A DNA stretch of 63,602 nucleotides from a virus. Taxonomy: Duplodnaviria; Caudoviricetes. A program made the position numbers and the translations under genes. The stretch is taken from the IMG/VR virus record IMGVR_UViG_3300046791_000392, positions 1-63,602 of that record. One strand, 5' to 3'. Positions within the stretch are counted from its first letter, which is position 1; the number at the start of each line of letters is the position of its first letter. The notes below the pieces were generated by a model. The model did no database searches, was not told the DNA's origin, and was given only the letters and a program-made list of their open reading frames with translations. This document shows positions 8,795-17,838 of this stretch, one piece after another.

Positions 8795-9915
8795 GAGCCT
8801 GCTCCCGTTCTCTCGTGTGTCTTCATCACCGACCGCACCACCGTCGTCAGCTCGCCTTGGGACAGAGGCGCCGGCTTGCCGCCGGCGGCGCGCACGCTGT
8901 CCGCTGCCTCGACGGAGCGGGCCAGGAGGTTCAAGATCGCGTCGTCCTCGGACAGGCCCCGGCGCACGAGCCAGCCGGCGACCTGCGCCGCCGCCACGTT
9001 GCGCCCGCCCTTGAGCACCAGCTGGCGCTTGATCTCGGCCCATTCCGCGTCGGACTTCGCCGGCTTGGCGGGCTCGCCCCCGCTGCCATTGGCGCCGCCG
9101 GCCTGGAAGAGGGCGCCGGCACGGGCCTCGGTGGCATGGGTGCGCTCGACCGTGGACAGGACAGCGGGCACGCTGGACCATGCGCCGTCCTTGGTCCGTG
9201 ACAGCTTGATGCCGAACCCGTGAAGCTCTTCGAGCAGGGCCCCGGCCTTGCACGTGCGCCCGGGCTCCAGGCGCAACACCTTGGCAACCGCGCCGCCCCG
9301 GTTCATGTTCGCCGTGCAGGGCAGGCGCAACCCGCCGGCACAGTGGCACACGGCGGGATCGCCGGCGAACACCCGGGCCAGTTCCTGGTTGATCCGCTCG
9401 ATGAGCACGTGGCCCGGCACGCCGGGCGCGCCCGACCCATTCGATCCGACCGTGCCGGCGCCGGCTACCAAGGGCACATCGAAGTGCCAGAGGGCTTGGA
9501 CACCGCCGCCGGTGGCCACGATCACCGAAGGCCTGTGGACAAGGCTGTCCAGGGCGGCCACGACCATATCTATATACCGGGCCTCGGCCTGGCGGGGCTT
9601 ACCCACCAGGTCAATATCCACCCAGGCGTACTGGAACACCCTGGCGTACGCCTTCTGGGGACCGGGCGCGTCCATGGCGAAGCGCGCACCCTTGTAATAG
9701 AGATTGCGTCGGCCGGCCCACTCGCTGGCGAACTCGATCACGTCGCTGGCGTCCAGCACCGCAAGCTGGGCCACGCCGGAACTCATGAAGCTTTCCCGGG
9801 ATGCATCCCCGGGTACGGCGACCAACCAGATCTGGGTGTCGGGGAGGTGATCCCCGCTATGGGAAGTATTTATCGATTTAAGGTATTCGAGCGCGGCTTT
9901 CCCTGCGCTGGACAT
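8791..9915 (-). CDS. RepB-type (AEP superfamily) DNA primase with C-terminal PriCT-like domain
   Basis: AWVDID, PSVIVATGGGVQALW, GDPAV...LRLPCTAN; GGRNVAAAQVAGWL. Confidence 0.8.
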   Translation of the reverse strand: MSSAGKAALEYLKSINTSHSGDHLPDTQIWLVAVPGDASRESFMSSGVAQLAVLDASDVIEFASEWAGRRNLYYKGARFAMDAPGPQKAYARVFQYAWVDIDLVGKPRQAEARYIDMVVAALDSLVHRPSVIVATGGGVQALWHFDVPLVAGAGTVGSNGSGAPGVPGHVLIERINQELARVFAGDPAVCHCAGGLRLPCTANMNRGGAVAKVLRLEPGRTCKAGALLEELHGFGIKLSRTKDGAWSSVPAVLSTVERTHATEARAGALFQAGGANGSGGEPAKPAKSDAEWAEIKRQLVLKGGRNVAAAQVAGWLVRRGLSEDDAILNLLARSVEAADSVRAAGGKPAPLSQGELTTVVRSVMKTHERTGAGS

Positions 9916-10120
9916 GGCGCATCCTTGGTTTGACTGGCAGTGAACAGACTAGCATCAGGCTCGTGTTGGGGGTCCGGAGCCTGCGCCCGAAGCCCCGGAA
10001 GTGTCAAGAAAACGTCGCTCAACCGTAACGCGCAGTGTATTTCAAGCCGGCGAACTTGGTTTCGCAACCGGAGCGATTTACCCGTTCGGCGTAGATCGAC
10101 GCAGATCGGCGTAGACAGGG

Positions 10121-10149
10121 CTTGCGTGTCCAGGACAATCCCCCTATAT
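10121..10149 (+). promoter_or_regulatory. Sigma70-type promoter (alphaproteobacterial consensus) with palindromic TGTCC-A-GGACA site in the spacer
   Basis: CTTGCG-17 nt-CTATAT. Confidence 0.6.
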
Positions 10150-10156
10150 CTCGAAC

Positions 10157-10265
10157 AGGCGCTCCTGGACAGGGAACGCTGGCATCCTGATCGACTCTGG
10201 CAGGTCGAGACGGACAGACTAGGCAGTCGGGCCCCGCCGGGTGAAACTCCCGGCGGGGTTTTTTC
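10157..10265 (+). ncRNA. Candidate ~110-nt small RNA
   Basis: Bounded by a promoter and a terminator; three short hairpins; no credible ORF inside. Confidence 0.5.
10231..10265 (+). terminator. Rho-independent terminator
   Basis: gccccgccggg-tgaaact-cccggcggggt followed by a T run. Confidence 0.85.
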
Positions 10266-10273
10266 ATGGTCCC

Positions 10274-10302
10274 TTGCGCCGGCCGCCGGCGCGGCTTATG
10301 TT
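10274..10302 (+). promoter_or_regulatory. Sigma70-type promoter for the replication/middle operon
   Basis: TTGCGC-17 nt-TATGTT upstream of the AGGAG RBS. Confidence 0.5.
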
Positions 10303-10362
10303 CTCTCATTGGCGTATACGCCACTCGGGGAAGATCCCCCTTCTGCCAGGAGAAACCGCGTA

Positions 10363-12654
10363 ATGGCCCGTCAACGTACGTGCATTCTGTCGCTGGTCGA
10401 GCAGACCGGCGCCGTCGTCAACCCGATCAGTGGCATCCCCGGCGCCAGCCTCCACGGCGGCGCCAACGTCGTGGTGTCGCGCATCCTGGTGATGGATGCC
10501 CCCTATGACGCCTTGTTCAAGGACGTCATGAAGGGCACGCCGCACGCGCGCTTCAACGGCACGACCAAGACCTGGGACGTGAACCTGTTGAATGCCGCGC
10601 CCGGCGTGGTGCAGCAGGTCCTGCTCTATCTCACCAGCGCGCCCTTCCTGACGGGGGCGCGCGACCGGCAGTTCGACATCGCGCTCAACCCGGAACTCTG
10701 CGCGCTCGCCAGCACCGCCCTTGCGGGAGGTCCGCTGCCCACGCTCTACGATTGGGCCGGCGCCAGCGTGGTCGCGAACGGCACGCACTGGGTCGCCTGC
10801 AGGGATCTCGCGGCGCTGCTCGCCGACATGGGACTTAGTACTCTGCCGCCGCCGGCGCCAGTACCACCGGTCGTGCAGTCCTACCGCCGCTCGCGCTTTC
10901 CGACCGTGCCCCAGGTGCCGGTCGCGGCGCCGGCCGCGCCCTACCAGCCGTCGCCGGCCGTGAACCAAGCCGCTGCCGCCGCGCAGGTCCATCGTCCGCC
11001 CGACCACGGCGTGACGCCCGATCCGACCGAGCCCGAGAGCGAGATGACCGAGGCCGACCCGGTGAGCTTGGCCGGCAGCTACGACAGGAACGCGACGACC
11101 GACACGGAACTGGCCACGATATCGCGCAACGTGACCGGCAATCTCGCGACGCTGCCGGCGATGCCGACCCATGTCGGCACCAGCGAGACGCGGAAGCTCT
11201 ACACGCACCAGCGCGAGGCGCTGGCGCGCATCGACGCCGCGATCAACCTGGCTCAGGGCGACCCGACGCGGCTGATCCTGGCGCACGATCCTGGCCTGGG
11301 AAAGACCACGACGGCGGTGGCGTTCGCCGCGCAGCACAAGGTGCGCCGCGTCGTGGTCGTGTGTCCCGAGCGGGCGCGCTCGCTGTGGGCCGAGCACTTC
11401 CAGCGCTGGGCCGGGCGCGAGACGTTCCGCTATGGCGTGGACGCCAGCGCCGGCCGTGAGTGGTCCGAAACCAAGGACGGCGTGCTGATCGTCGGCTATG
11501 CCTCGATCATCAAGCAGTCGTTCGCGGACAAGCTGGGCCGGGCGCCGTTCGAGGGTGATCTCTTGATCGTGGACGAGGCCCACTATCTCGCGAGCAACAA
11601 GAGTAAGCGCTCGCTGGCCGTGCGTAACATTGCGCAGCAGTTCCAGCACGTGCTCATGCTGACCGGCACGCCGATGCTGGCCCATCCCATCGAACTCTTT
11701 CCCCTGCTCAATCTCGCCAACGCGCACGCGTTCCCCAGCTACTGGCAGTTCGCCACCAAGTTCGCGGGCGCGCGCAAGACCAAGTTCGGTTGGGACGTCA
11801 AGGGCGCCAGCAATCTCCCGGAACTGACCCGCCTGCTCGCCGGGTACATGCACCGGGTGCGCAAATCCGACGCGGATCTTCCTCCGAAGCGCCGGGTGTC
11901 GGTGCCCATCGACCTGGAGAACACCGACCGCGCCGACATGGAAGACGCCGTCGCGGAAGCCGTCGCCGGCATGAAGCTGCCGACCGGCATTCCGGGGGCG
12001 GATGTCCACGACGGGGGGCAGGCCTCGCAGATCGCGGTGTCCGGAAGTATTCGCCAGATCGTGTATGAGGCGCGCCGGGAAGAAACCCTGGAGTGGATCG
12101 TGGACTGGGCCAAGGGGAGCCCGGACAAGAAGCTCGTGGTGTTCGCCTGGAACAAGGCGGTGGTGCACGATCTTGTCCAGGGCATGACCGGGGCGCTGGG
12201 CCTGACCGCGCCCGAGATCGTCGGCCTGACCGGCGACGATCCGATCAGCGTGCGCGACGAGGCGATCAAGCGCTTCAACACCGACCCCGACCTGCGCTTC
12301 CTGGTCGCGACCATCGCGTCGTGCGGCACGGCCTACGACATGCACAAGCAGTGCGCCGATGGGGTCTTCGTGCAATGCGACTGGACCCCGGGGTCGATGA
12401 TCCAGGCCGAAGATAGATTGGGCCGCGCGCCCGGCGGCGAGCCGGTGACGTGGTACTACCTCGCCGCCGCCGGCACCATCGATGAGCGCATCATCAAGAC
12501 CCTGATGAAGAAGCAGGAGACGTTCCAGGCCGTGGTGGACGGCGGCGTCACGCCGGCCAACCATTTCGAGGATGTTCTTCACGAGATCCTGCAGTGGCGC
12601 GCCGAGCGCGCCGCCGCCAAGGCGGCGCGCGCCAAGAAGGAGGCCGTGGCATGA
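10363..12654 (+). CDS. SNF2-family (HARP-like) helicase
   Basis: AHDPGLGKT, VVCP, LIVDEAH, LTGTP, VVFA, DWTPGSMIQAEDR; AGGAG RBS before ATG 10363. Confidence 0.9.
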   Translation: MARQRTCILSLVEQTGAVVNPISGIPGASLHGGANVVVSRILVMDAPYDALFKDVMKGTPHARFNGTTKTWDVNLLNAAPGVVQQVLLYLTSAPFLTGARDRQFDIALNPELCALASTALAGGPLPTLYDWAGASVVANGTHWVACRDLAALLADMGLSTLPPPAPVPPVVQSYRRSRFPTVPQVPVAAPAAPYQPSPAVNQAAAAAQVHRPPDHGVTPDPTEPESEMTEADPVSLAGSYDRNATTDTELATISRNVTGNLATLPAMPTHVGTSETRKLYTHQREALARIDAAINLAQGDPTRLILAHDPGLGKTTTAVAFAAQHKVRRVVVVCPERARSLWAEHFQRWAGRETFRYGVDASAGREWSETKDGVLIVGYASIIKQSFADKLGRAPFEGDLLIVDEAHYLASNKSKRSLAVRNIAQQFQHVLMLTGTPMLAHPIELFPLLNLANAHAFPSYWQFATKFAGARKTKFGWDVKGASNLPELTRLLAGYMHRVRKSDADLPPKRRVSVPIDLENTDRADMEDAVAEAVAGMKLPTGIPGADVHDGGQASQIAVSGSIRQIVYEARREETLEWIVDWAKGSPDKKLVVFAWNKAVVHDLVQGMTGALGLTAPEIVGLTGDDPISVRDEAIKRFNTDPDLRFLVATIASCGTAYDMHKQCADGVFVQCDWTPGSMIQAEDRLGRAPGGEPVTWYYLAAAGTIDERIIKTLMKKQETFQAVVDGGVTPANHFEDVLHEILQWRAERAAAKAARAKKEAVA

Positions 12655-13151
12655 GCAAGCATGCATGGCGACCGCTGACACGGAGCAACACCGTCAAGCC
12701 GCTGACGCAGGAAGACATCGACCTCGCCGTGTCGGTGACCGGCGGCGCCGCCGACGAGATGCGCGCGGCGCTTGAGCAGGAAGTGAACCGCTGCGAGTAC
12801 TGGATCAACGACCTCTATCAGGTCCAGGTCCGCAGGTTCGACGGCAAGATCCCCTGCGTCCATCTCAACATCAGGCGCCGCGACGGTCGCGTGATCCTGC
12901 GCGACTGGCGGCACTTCCAGAACATCAAGAACGAGCTTGTCGGTCCCGAGTGCGAGGCCATCGAGCTTTACCCTGCGGAGAGCCGGCTCTCCGACACCGC
13001 CAACAAGTACCATCTGTGGTGCGTGGCCGATCCCACCTATCGCTTCCCATTCGGGATGCAGGGCCGCGACGTGATCGACAAGCCCGACGTGCAGATGAAG
13101 CCGGGCTTCAGGCAACGCAAGTTCAACAACGTCACGCATGAGGAACCATGA
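12651..13151 (+). CDS. Conserved phage hypothetical protein
   Basis: HLNIRRRD...DWRHFQNIKNELVG..EAIELYPAESRL.D.AN.YHLW is a recurrent phage motif. Confidence 0.75.
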   Translation: MSKHAWRPLTRSNTVKPLTQEDIDLAVSVTGGAADEMRAALEQEVNRCEYWINDLYQVQVRRFDGKIPCVHLNIRRRDGRVILRDWRHFQNIKNELVGPECEAIELYPAESRLSDTANKYHLWCVADPTYRFPFGMQGRDVIDKPDVQMKPGFRQRKFNNVTHEEP

Positions 13152-13351
13152 CCATGCTCAAGCTCACGATCACGGCGATCCGCGAACCCATCGGCAGCGG
13201 CCCCGGCGAGGTGATGGCGCGCAACGCCACCGATCAGGCGGTGAAGATCGCGATCACCAAGAAGGACTGGCCGATGTTCACCGACGCCGACCTCGACGTC
13301 GGGGACAGCGCCGACTACGACCCCAAGACGCGCGCCTGGACGCGGGGGTGA
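13148..13351 (+). CDS. Hypothetical protein
   Basis: GAGG RBS, ATGA coupling. Confidence 0.7.
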   Translation: MTMLKLTITAIREPIGSGPGEVMARNATDQAVKIAITKKDWPMFTDADLDVGDSADYDPKTRAWTRG

Positions 13352-13355
13352 CGCC

Positions 13356-13442
13356 ATGGCCGATGTGCTGTGGATCATGGGGTGTTTCGGCGTCATGGCC
13401 CTGTGCGCCGCCGCCCTTTATCTGTTCGTGATGTTCGCATGA
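13356..13442 (+). CDS. 28-aa single-TM peptide (not in ORF track)
   Basis: MADVLWIMGCFGVMALCAAALYLFVMFA; ATGA-coupled to next gene. Confidence 0.5.
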   Translation: MADVLWIMGCFGVMALCAAALYLFVMFA

Positions 13443-13654
13443 GCGCCGATCTTTCGCGCGGCGACATCGCCTTGGCGGCGGCGCTCTACGCCAAGGCGCA
13501 CGCGCCATGGGGCTGGCAAGCCAAGCTGCGCAGCAGGCTCGCCGCCGCCTACATGCAGGGCGCGTACGACGCGCTCATGATCTACCAGACCGCCGGCCAG
13601 CCGATAGCGAACCCTGTCCACCGACCGTTTCAACCTGGAGAGCCCCATGTCTAA
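13439..13654 (+). CDS. Hypothetical protein
   Basis: Fills the operon; overlaps both neighbours. Confidence 0.55.
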   Translation: MSADLSRGDIALAAALYAKAHAPWGWQAKLRSRLAAAYMQGAYDALMIYQTAGQPIANPVHRPFQPGEPHV

Positions 13655-13862
13655 GGCCCGACCGATTGGTCCGTACATCGTCAACCTGCCGCTGAACTAC
13701 CAGGAGCGCGAGATCATCGCCGAAGCCGCACGCGTAACCGGAGTGCCCGTGCGCACGTGGATTGCGCGCATCGTCGTCGGCGCGGCGCGCTACCAGATCG
13801 CCAGCGACGCCGTCGCCTTCGTGGACGAGGACGGCGTGGTGTACCGGGAGCCACGCCCATGA
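13647..13862 (+). CDS. Ribbon-helix-helix-like DNA-binding protein
   Basis: IVNLPLNYQEREIIAEAARVTGVPVRTWI matches the RHH strand-helix-G-helix pattern; GGAG RBS. Confidence 0.6.
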   Translation: MSKARPIGPYIVNLPLNYQEREIIAEAARVTGVPVRTWIARIVVGAARYQIASDAVAFVDEDGVVYREPRP

Positions 13863-14080
13863 AGAAGCTCCGCACCGGCAGCGCCTACGGGCGCAAGCTC
13901 GTGGACGAGGCGCTCGCCTTGGGCTGGGACGCCCGGCGGTCCGGCGGCAACCATCTCCAGTTTAACAAAGGAACCAAGCGCGTCACGGCGCCTGGCACGC
14001 CGCGCGATGCCGACCGCAGTCTCAAGAAGACGCTGTCCAGGCTGCGGCGGTTGTCCAGCCTGTCCATGGTGGCGGTGTAA
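13859..14080 (+). CDS. HicA-like protein
   Basis: LVDEALALGW..RRSGGNHLQF...VTAPGTP; small basic HicA pattern with conserved His. Confidence 0.65.
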   Translation: MKKLRTGSAYGRKLVDEALALGWDARRSGGNHLQFNKGTKRVTAPGTPRDADRSLKKTLSRLRRLSSLSMVAV

Positions 14081-14135
14081 TGTATCCCCAGCCGCCGCCG
14101 GCGGGTCCGGCGTAACCCCAAGGAGGTTGTCTACC

Positions 14136-14567
14136 ATGTCCACCGAGCACGTCATCGTTACCGAGCCGCCGCCGGCGCCCCCGCCCGAGCCGGTTCCGGC
14201 ATCCGAGCCGGGCCAGGACTATCTCGCCGCCGAGGCCTTCGCCCGGTCCGCCGTCGAGGCCAAGGCCGAAGCCGAGGTCCAGGCCATCGCGTCGGCCGCG
14301 CTCACCACCGAGCGCGGCATCCAGTGCGCCAAGGCCCACGAGCTTGTGGACCTGTGGTTCTTTGGCGAGTGGGACGAAGCCAAGTTCCGCCGCTGGGCGG
14401 TGTTGACCGGGAGCGAAGATCCCCCGGCGCTGGGCAAGATCATCGCCGTCATGGGCCTGCTCCTGGGGGGCATGACGCCGCCCCCGCCGCCGGCACGCGA
14501 GGTTGCGGAGTACACACCCCAGCCGACCTTTGGCGTCCAGCCGCCAGAGGCGCCACCGCAGTACTGA
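14136..14567 (+). CDS. Hypothetical protein
   Basis: AAGGAGG RBS before ATG 14136. Confidence 0.7.
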   Translation: MSTEHVIVTEPPPAPPPEPVPASEPGQDYLAAEAFARSAVEAKAEAEVQAIASAALTTERGIQCAKAHELVDLWFFGEWDEAKFRRWAVLTGSEDPPALGKIIAVMGLLLGGMTPPPPPAREVAEYTPQPTFGVQPPEAPPQY

Positions 14568-14626
14568 CGTTCGCCGATGCTCAGCCGGCGATGGCGCCGG
14601 CTGAGCCCTTTCACCTGGAGGTGATC

Positions 14627-14962
14627 GTGACCGACCCCCGCAACCCTGGACTGGACGAGTTCACCGAGCGTGTCCACGACGCGCTCGCCGATGGCTTTGG
14701 CGAGCCGCACTACGCAGCGCTACGCATGACGGCGATGGATCTGGTCAAGGCGAACCCGGTGCTGCTGCCGATGATGATGCTGCTGGTCGTGGTGCTGGAT
14801 CGCATGAAGTCCCTGGAAGAGGAGAGCGAAGACCGCTGGCACGAGCGGTTGGCCAAGATGGAAGCAGAGGCCAACATCACGCCGGAAAAGCGCGCGTGGA
14901 TGCACCAAACGATGTTGCGGATCAAGCAGGAGTACCAGACGAAATTCCCGGTGGCGCCGTGA
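14627..14962 (+). CDS. Hypothetical protein
   Basis: GGAGGTG RBS before GTG; start uncertain. Confidence 0.6.
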   Translation: MTDPRNPGLDEFTERVHDALADGFGEPHYAALRMTAMDLVKANPVLLPMMMLLVVVLDRMKSLEEESEDRWHERLAKMEAEANITPEKRAWMHQTMLRIKQEYQTKFPVAP

Positions 14963-15279
14963 CCGACAGCGAGCTTGTCCGGCTGCGCTCCGAGATCGAA
15001 GCACTGAAACTCTACCGGGCGCTGATCCGTTCGGCCCTGGTCGAGCTTTACTACGAGCTTCAGGAAGCCGGCGACGTGCCGATGAACACCCGCATGATGC
15101 AGGCCCTGCATCGGCTGGCGTTGATCAACTCCACCGACCGCGAACGCCTGTCCGATACCTTGCATGTGTATCGGCTTCGCTCAGCCTTGGGCACCGCCGA
15201 CCAGCACACCCTGGACAAGGAACTGCTGTCCACGCTGTCCAGCATCGCACCGTTCGTGCCGGCGCCGAGCATCACTTGA
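14959..15279 (+). CDS. Hypothetical protein
   Basis: GTGA coupling; helical content. Confidence 0.6.
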   Translation: MTDSELVRLRSEIEALKLYRALIRSALVELYYELQEAGDVPMNTRMMQALHRLALINSTDRERLSDTLHVYRLRSALGTADQHTLDKELLSTLSSIAPFVPAPSIT

Positions 15280-15626
15280 ACCTGGGGATAAACAATCTTA
15301 TGGGCGCACTCGAAAACCAGCTGATGGAATGCGACAAGGAGATCCTGGTCGATCAGATCAAGCAGCACATGCGGCACATCGACGGCTTGATCGAGGCCAA
15401 CAACGACCTGCTGGAGCGCTCGCGCGAGATCGCGCGCGAGAGCGCGACGTGGCACGAGCTTGCGTTGACCAGCGCGCGTACGCTGGCTAGGGTACGCGCC
15501 GAAATTACCGAACTGGCGAAGTCAGTCACGACCACCGCGCACAGCAGCCCGGCGGTGCGCGTCGTCATGATGCAACGCATCTTCGACCGGCTGACCGCCG
15601 CCATCGACGGAAAGGATACTGCATGA
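15276..15626 (+). CDS. Coiled-coil hypothetical protein
   Basis: Coupled ORF with heptad-like pattern. Confidence 0.6.
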   Translation: MNLGINNLMGALENQLMECDKEILVDQIKQHMRHIDGLIEANNDLLERSREIARESATWHELALTSARTLARVRAEITELAKSVTTTAHSSPAVRVVMMQRIFDRLTAAIDGKDTA

Positions 15627-16189
15627 CGAGAAGCGTGTTGCGCGACGACGCGATCCTGGTGCGTGATGCATTGCTCAGCTTCATGACCAAGCGACGTGTC
15701 AAGTCGCAAAGCGAGTTCGCGCGTGCGTCGCAGGTGTCGCCCGGCCTGCTGTGCGACGTGATCCAGCTGCGCCGCAATCTTTCGCCGCAGAGCGTCGAGC
15801 GCATAACCAAGGCCTACAGCATGACGCGGCGGCAGGCCGAGCATCTCAATTACTGCGCCGCCCGCGCCGCCGGCTGGAAGCTGCCGGAACTGACGGAGGC
15901 CCAGCGCATCGCCATCGTCGCGCCCGACCCGGACTTGCTCCATCCCGAGCGCAGCAGGCACGCGCACAAGGAACCCAAGACGCTGGGGCGGACCAAGCGC
16001 AAGGTCGTGGTGGTGAACGCCAAGCCGAAGATCCCCAAGCCGAAGAAGCCGCCGCCGGCGCGCGTCCTGGCGGTGCGCGCGCCGCGCGTCGCGGTGACGA
16101 CGGTGCCGCCGCCGGACATGCGCCCGACCGGGTTCACGCCGCCGACCTTGGAAGCCCTTACCGCCGACATCGAACGGGAGTTGGCATGA
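15623..16189 (+). CDS. XRE-like HTH protein with basic Pro-rich tail
   Basis: SQSEFARASQVSPGLLCDVIQLRRNLS. Confidence 0.65.
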   Translation: MTRSVLRDDAILVRDALLSFMTKRRVKSQSEFARASQVSPGLLCDVIQLRRNLSPQSVERITKAYSMTRRQAEHLNYCAARAAGWKLPELTEAQRIAIVAPDPDLLHPERSRHAHKEPKTLGRTKRKVVVVNAKPKIPKPKKPPPARVLAVRAPRVAVTTVPPPDMRPTGFTPPTLEALTADIERELA

Positions 16190-16455
16190 TGGACAATCAC
16201 CAGATCGGCGACGCGCCGGCCGACGCAGCCATCCAGCGCGAGATGATGGCGGTCGCGCGCACCATCGACATGTGGCTCAAGGACCGCACGGCGCCGGTGC
16301 CGTGGGGCTTCATCATCATGATGTTCCCGCTGGACGATCACGAGGGCCGCTGCAACTACATGTCCAACGCCAAGCGCGAGGACATCGTCGTGCTGCTCAA
16401 GGAACAGATCCGACGCTTTGAAGGGGGGGCGGAAATACCCCCGGGGCACGCATGA
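16186..16455 (+). CDS. Conserved phage hypothetical protein
   Basis: GFIIMMFP...RCNYMSNAKRED motif; GGAG RBS. Confidence 0.7.
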   Translation: MMDNHQIGDAPADAAIQREMMAVARTIDMWLKDRTAPVPWGFIIMMFPLDDHEGRCNYMSNAKREDIVVLLKEQIRRFEGGAEIPPGHA

Positions 16456-16694
16456 CCGACGCCCCTCTCCGCAAGGCCCTGGACGAAGTCTTTCGTGGCC
16501 ACGAGTGGATCGACTTCGACTGGAACGGCTGGCGCGAGCGCGCCCGGCAGGCCTTGGCGTCGCCGCCGGTCGTGTCCATGGACACCGGCCACGGCGATGT
16601 CGGCGCCGCCGGTGCCGAGCACATCGATACCAGCGACATTCCCGAGGTGCCGGCGGAATGGTTCACGACCGCGAAGCTCACGGAGCCGAAGTAA
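16452..16694 (+). CDS. Hypothetical protein with C-terminal IDTSDIPE motif
   Basis: Coupled ORF; motif recalls BrnA antitoxin N-termini. Confidence 0.55.
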   Translation: MTDAPLRKALDEVFRGHEWIDFDWNGWRERARQALASPPVVSMDTGHGDVGAAGAEHIDTSDIPEVPAEWFTTAKLTEPK

Positions 16695-17744
16695 ATGACC
16701 ATCGCATTCAACATCGACGGCGCGATCCAGAGCGGCATCGCCGTCGCGCAAGGCCGCAAGACCTGGGGCGGCCACGACCGGAATACCAGCGTAGGCAGTT
16801 CCGAGATCGGCGGCTGCATCCGAAGGATCTGGTACGGCAAGCACGATGTCCCGGCGGACGATGGCTTTGTCCAGGACTGGGGCGCCGCCGAGCGCGGCAA
16901 TGCCATCGAGGACTGGATGGTCGTGCGTGTCCAGGACGCGCTCAAGCATGATCCGGCCTACGCCGACTGGGAACTCAAGCACGCCGGCGCCGACCAGATC
17001 ACCCTGGTGGACACACCCCAAAGTGCGACGCCCGACGGCGTGCTCGTGCACAGATCGGGTGCGGCGATCACGCTGGAGATCAAGTCCCAGGACCCCCGGA
17101 TTTACGAGACGAGCATCGCACCCCAGGTGGCACACAAGCTTCAAGTCATCCAGGCGATGGGCCTGGTGCGCCGGCGCACCAACTACAAGCCGGACAGCGG
17201 GATCTTGATCTACGTGAACACGAGCTTCGTGAACCAGTACCGGCCCTATCCCATCGCCTACACCGAGACAGGATACGAGGCTTTGCGCCGGCGCGCCGAG
17301 TCGATCATGAACGGCGCGTGGACCGTGGATAAACCGCCTCCCGCAGAAGGCATCGCCGAAGGCGGCAAGGAGTGCCAGTACTGTCCATGGCGCATCCAGT
17401 GCACATTGAAGGAGATCGGGAGATTGCCCCTCGATGTGAAGCCGGTGCCGGCCGCCGCCGTCGCCAAGCTCCACGAGCTTGCCGTCATACGCAAAGAGCT
17501 TCTCATGCGCGAGCACGACGCCGAGGCGAGCAAGAAGAGCGTCGAGGCCGAGATCATCAAGCTCATGGAAACCCACGAGAGCAAGCGCGTCGCCGGCGAC
17601 TGGGGCTCGCTCTCCGTTTACAAGGCGCACTCGCCGCCGGTGGTCATGCGCGACAAGCTGGAGGAAGAGGTCGGCAAGGAGCGCATGCCGGAATTTTTCA
17701 AGGAAGGCACGCCGTACATCCGGATCAACGTTGCACTGAAGTAG
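16695..17744 (+). CDS. Cas4-like / PD-(D/E)XK exonuclease
   Basis: SSEIGGCIRRIWY, ATPDG, LEIKS, Q...M, CQYCPWRIQC Fe-S cysteines. Confidence 0.85.
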   Translation: MTIAFNIDGAIQSGIAVAQGRKTWGGHDRNTSVGSSEIGGCIRRIWYGKHDVPADDGFVQDWGAAERGNAIEDWMVVRVQDALKHDPAYADWELKHAGADQITLVDTPQSATPDGVLVHRSGAAITLEIKSQDPRIYETSIAPQVAHKLQVIQAMGLVRRRTNYKPDSGILIYVNTSFVNQYRPYPIAYTETGYEALRRRAESIMNGAWTVDKPPPAEGIAEGGKECQYCPWRIQCTLKEIGRLPLDVKPVPAAAVAKLHELAVIRKELLMREHDAEASKKSVEAEIIKLMETHESKRVAGDWGSLSVYKAHSPPVVMRDKLEEEVGKERMPEFFKEGTPYIRINVALK

Positions 17745-17838
17745 GTATCTACGCTAATTTGAGAACTTCCGCCGGGACGTAGCCGCACCCGGCGGGATCT
17801 CCCGGCGGCTAATTCGCAAACCAAGGAACGCGCAAACC

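Noticed and set aside
9940-10362. N-terminal 141 codons of the 904-aa helicase ORF
   Set aside because: Contains promoters and a terminator; RBS supports a start at 10363
16695-17744. Cas4 as part of a CRISPR-Cas system
   Set aside because: No other cas genes or array; stand-alone Cas4-like nucleases are usual in phage replication modules
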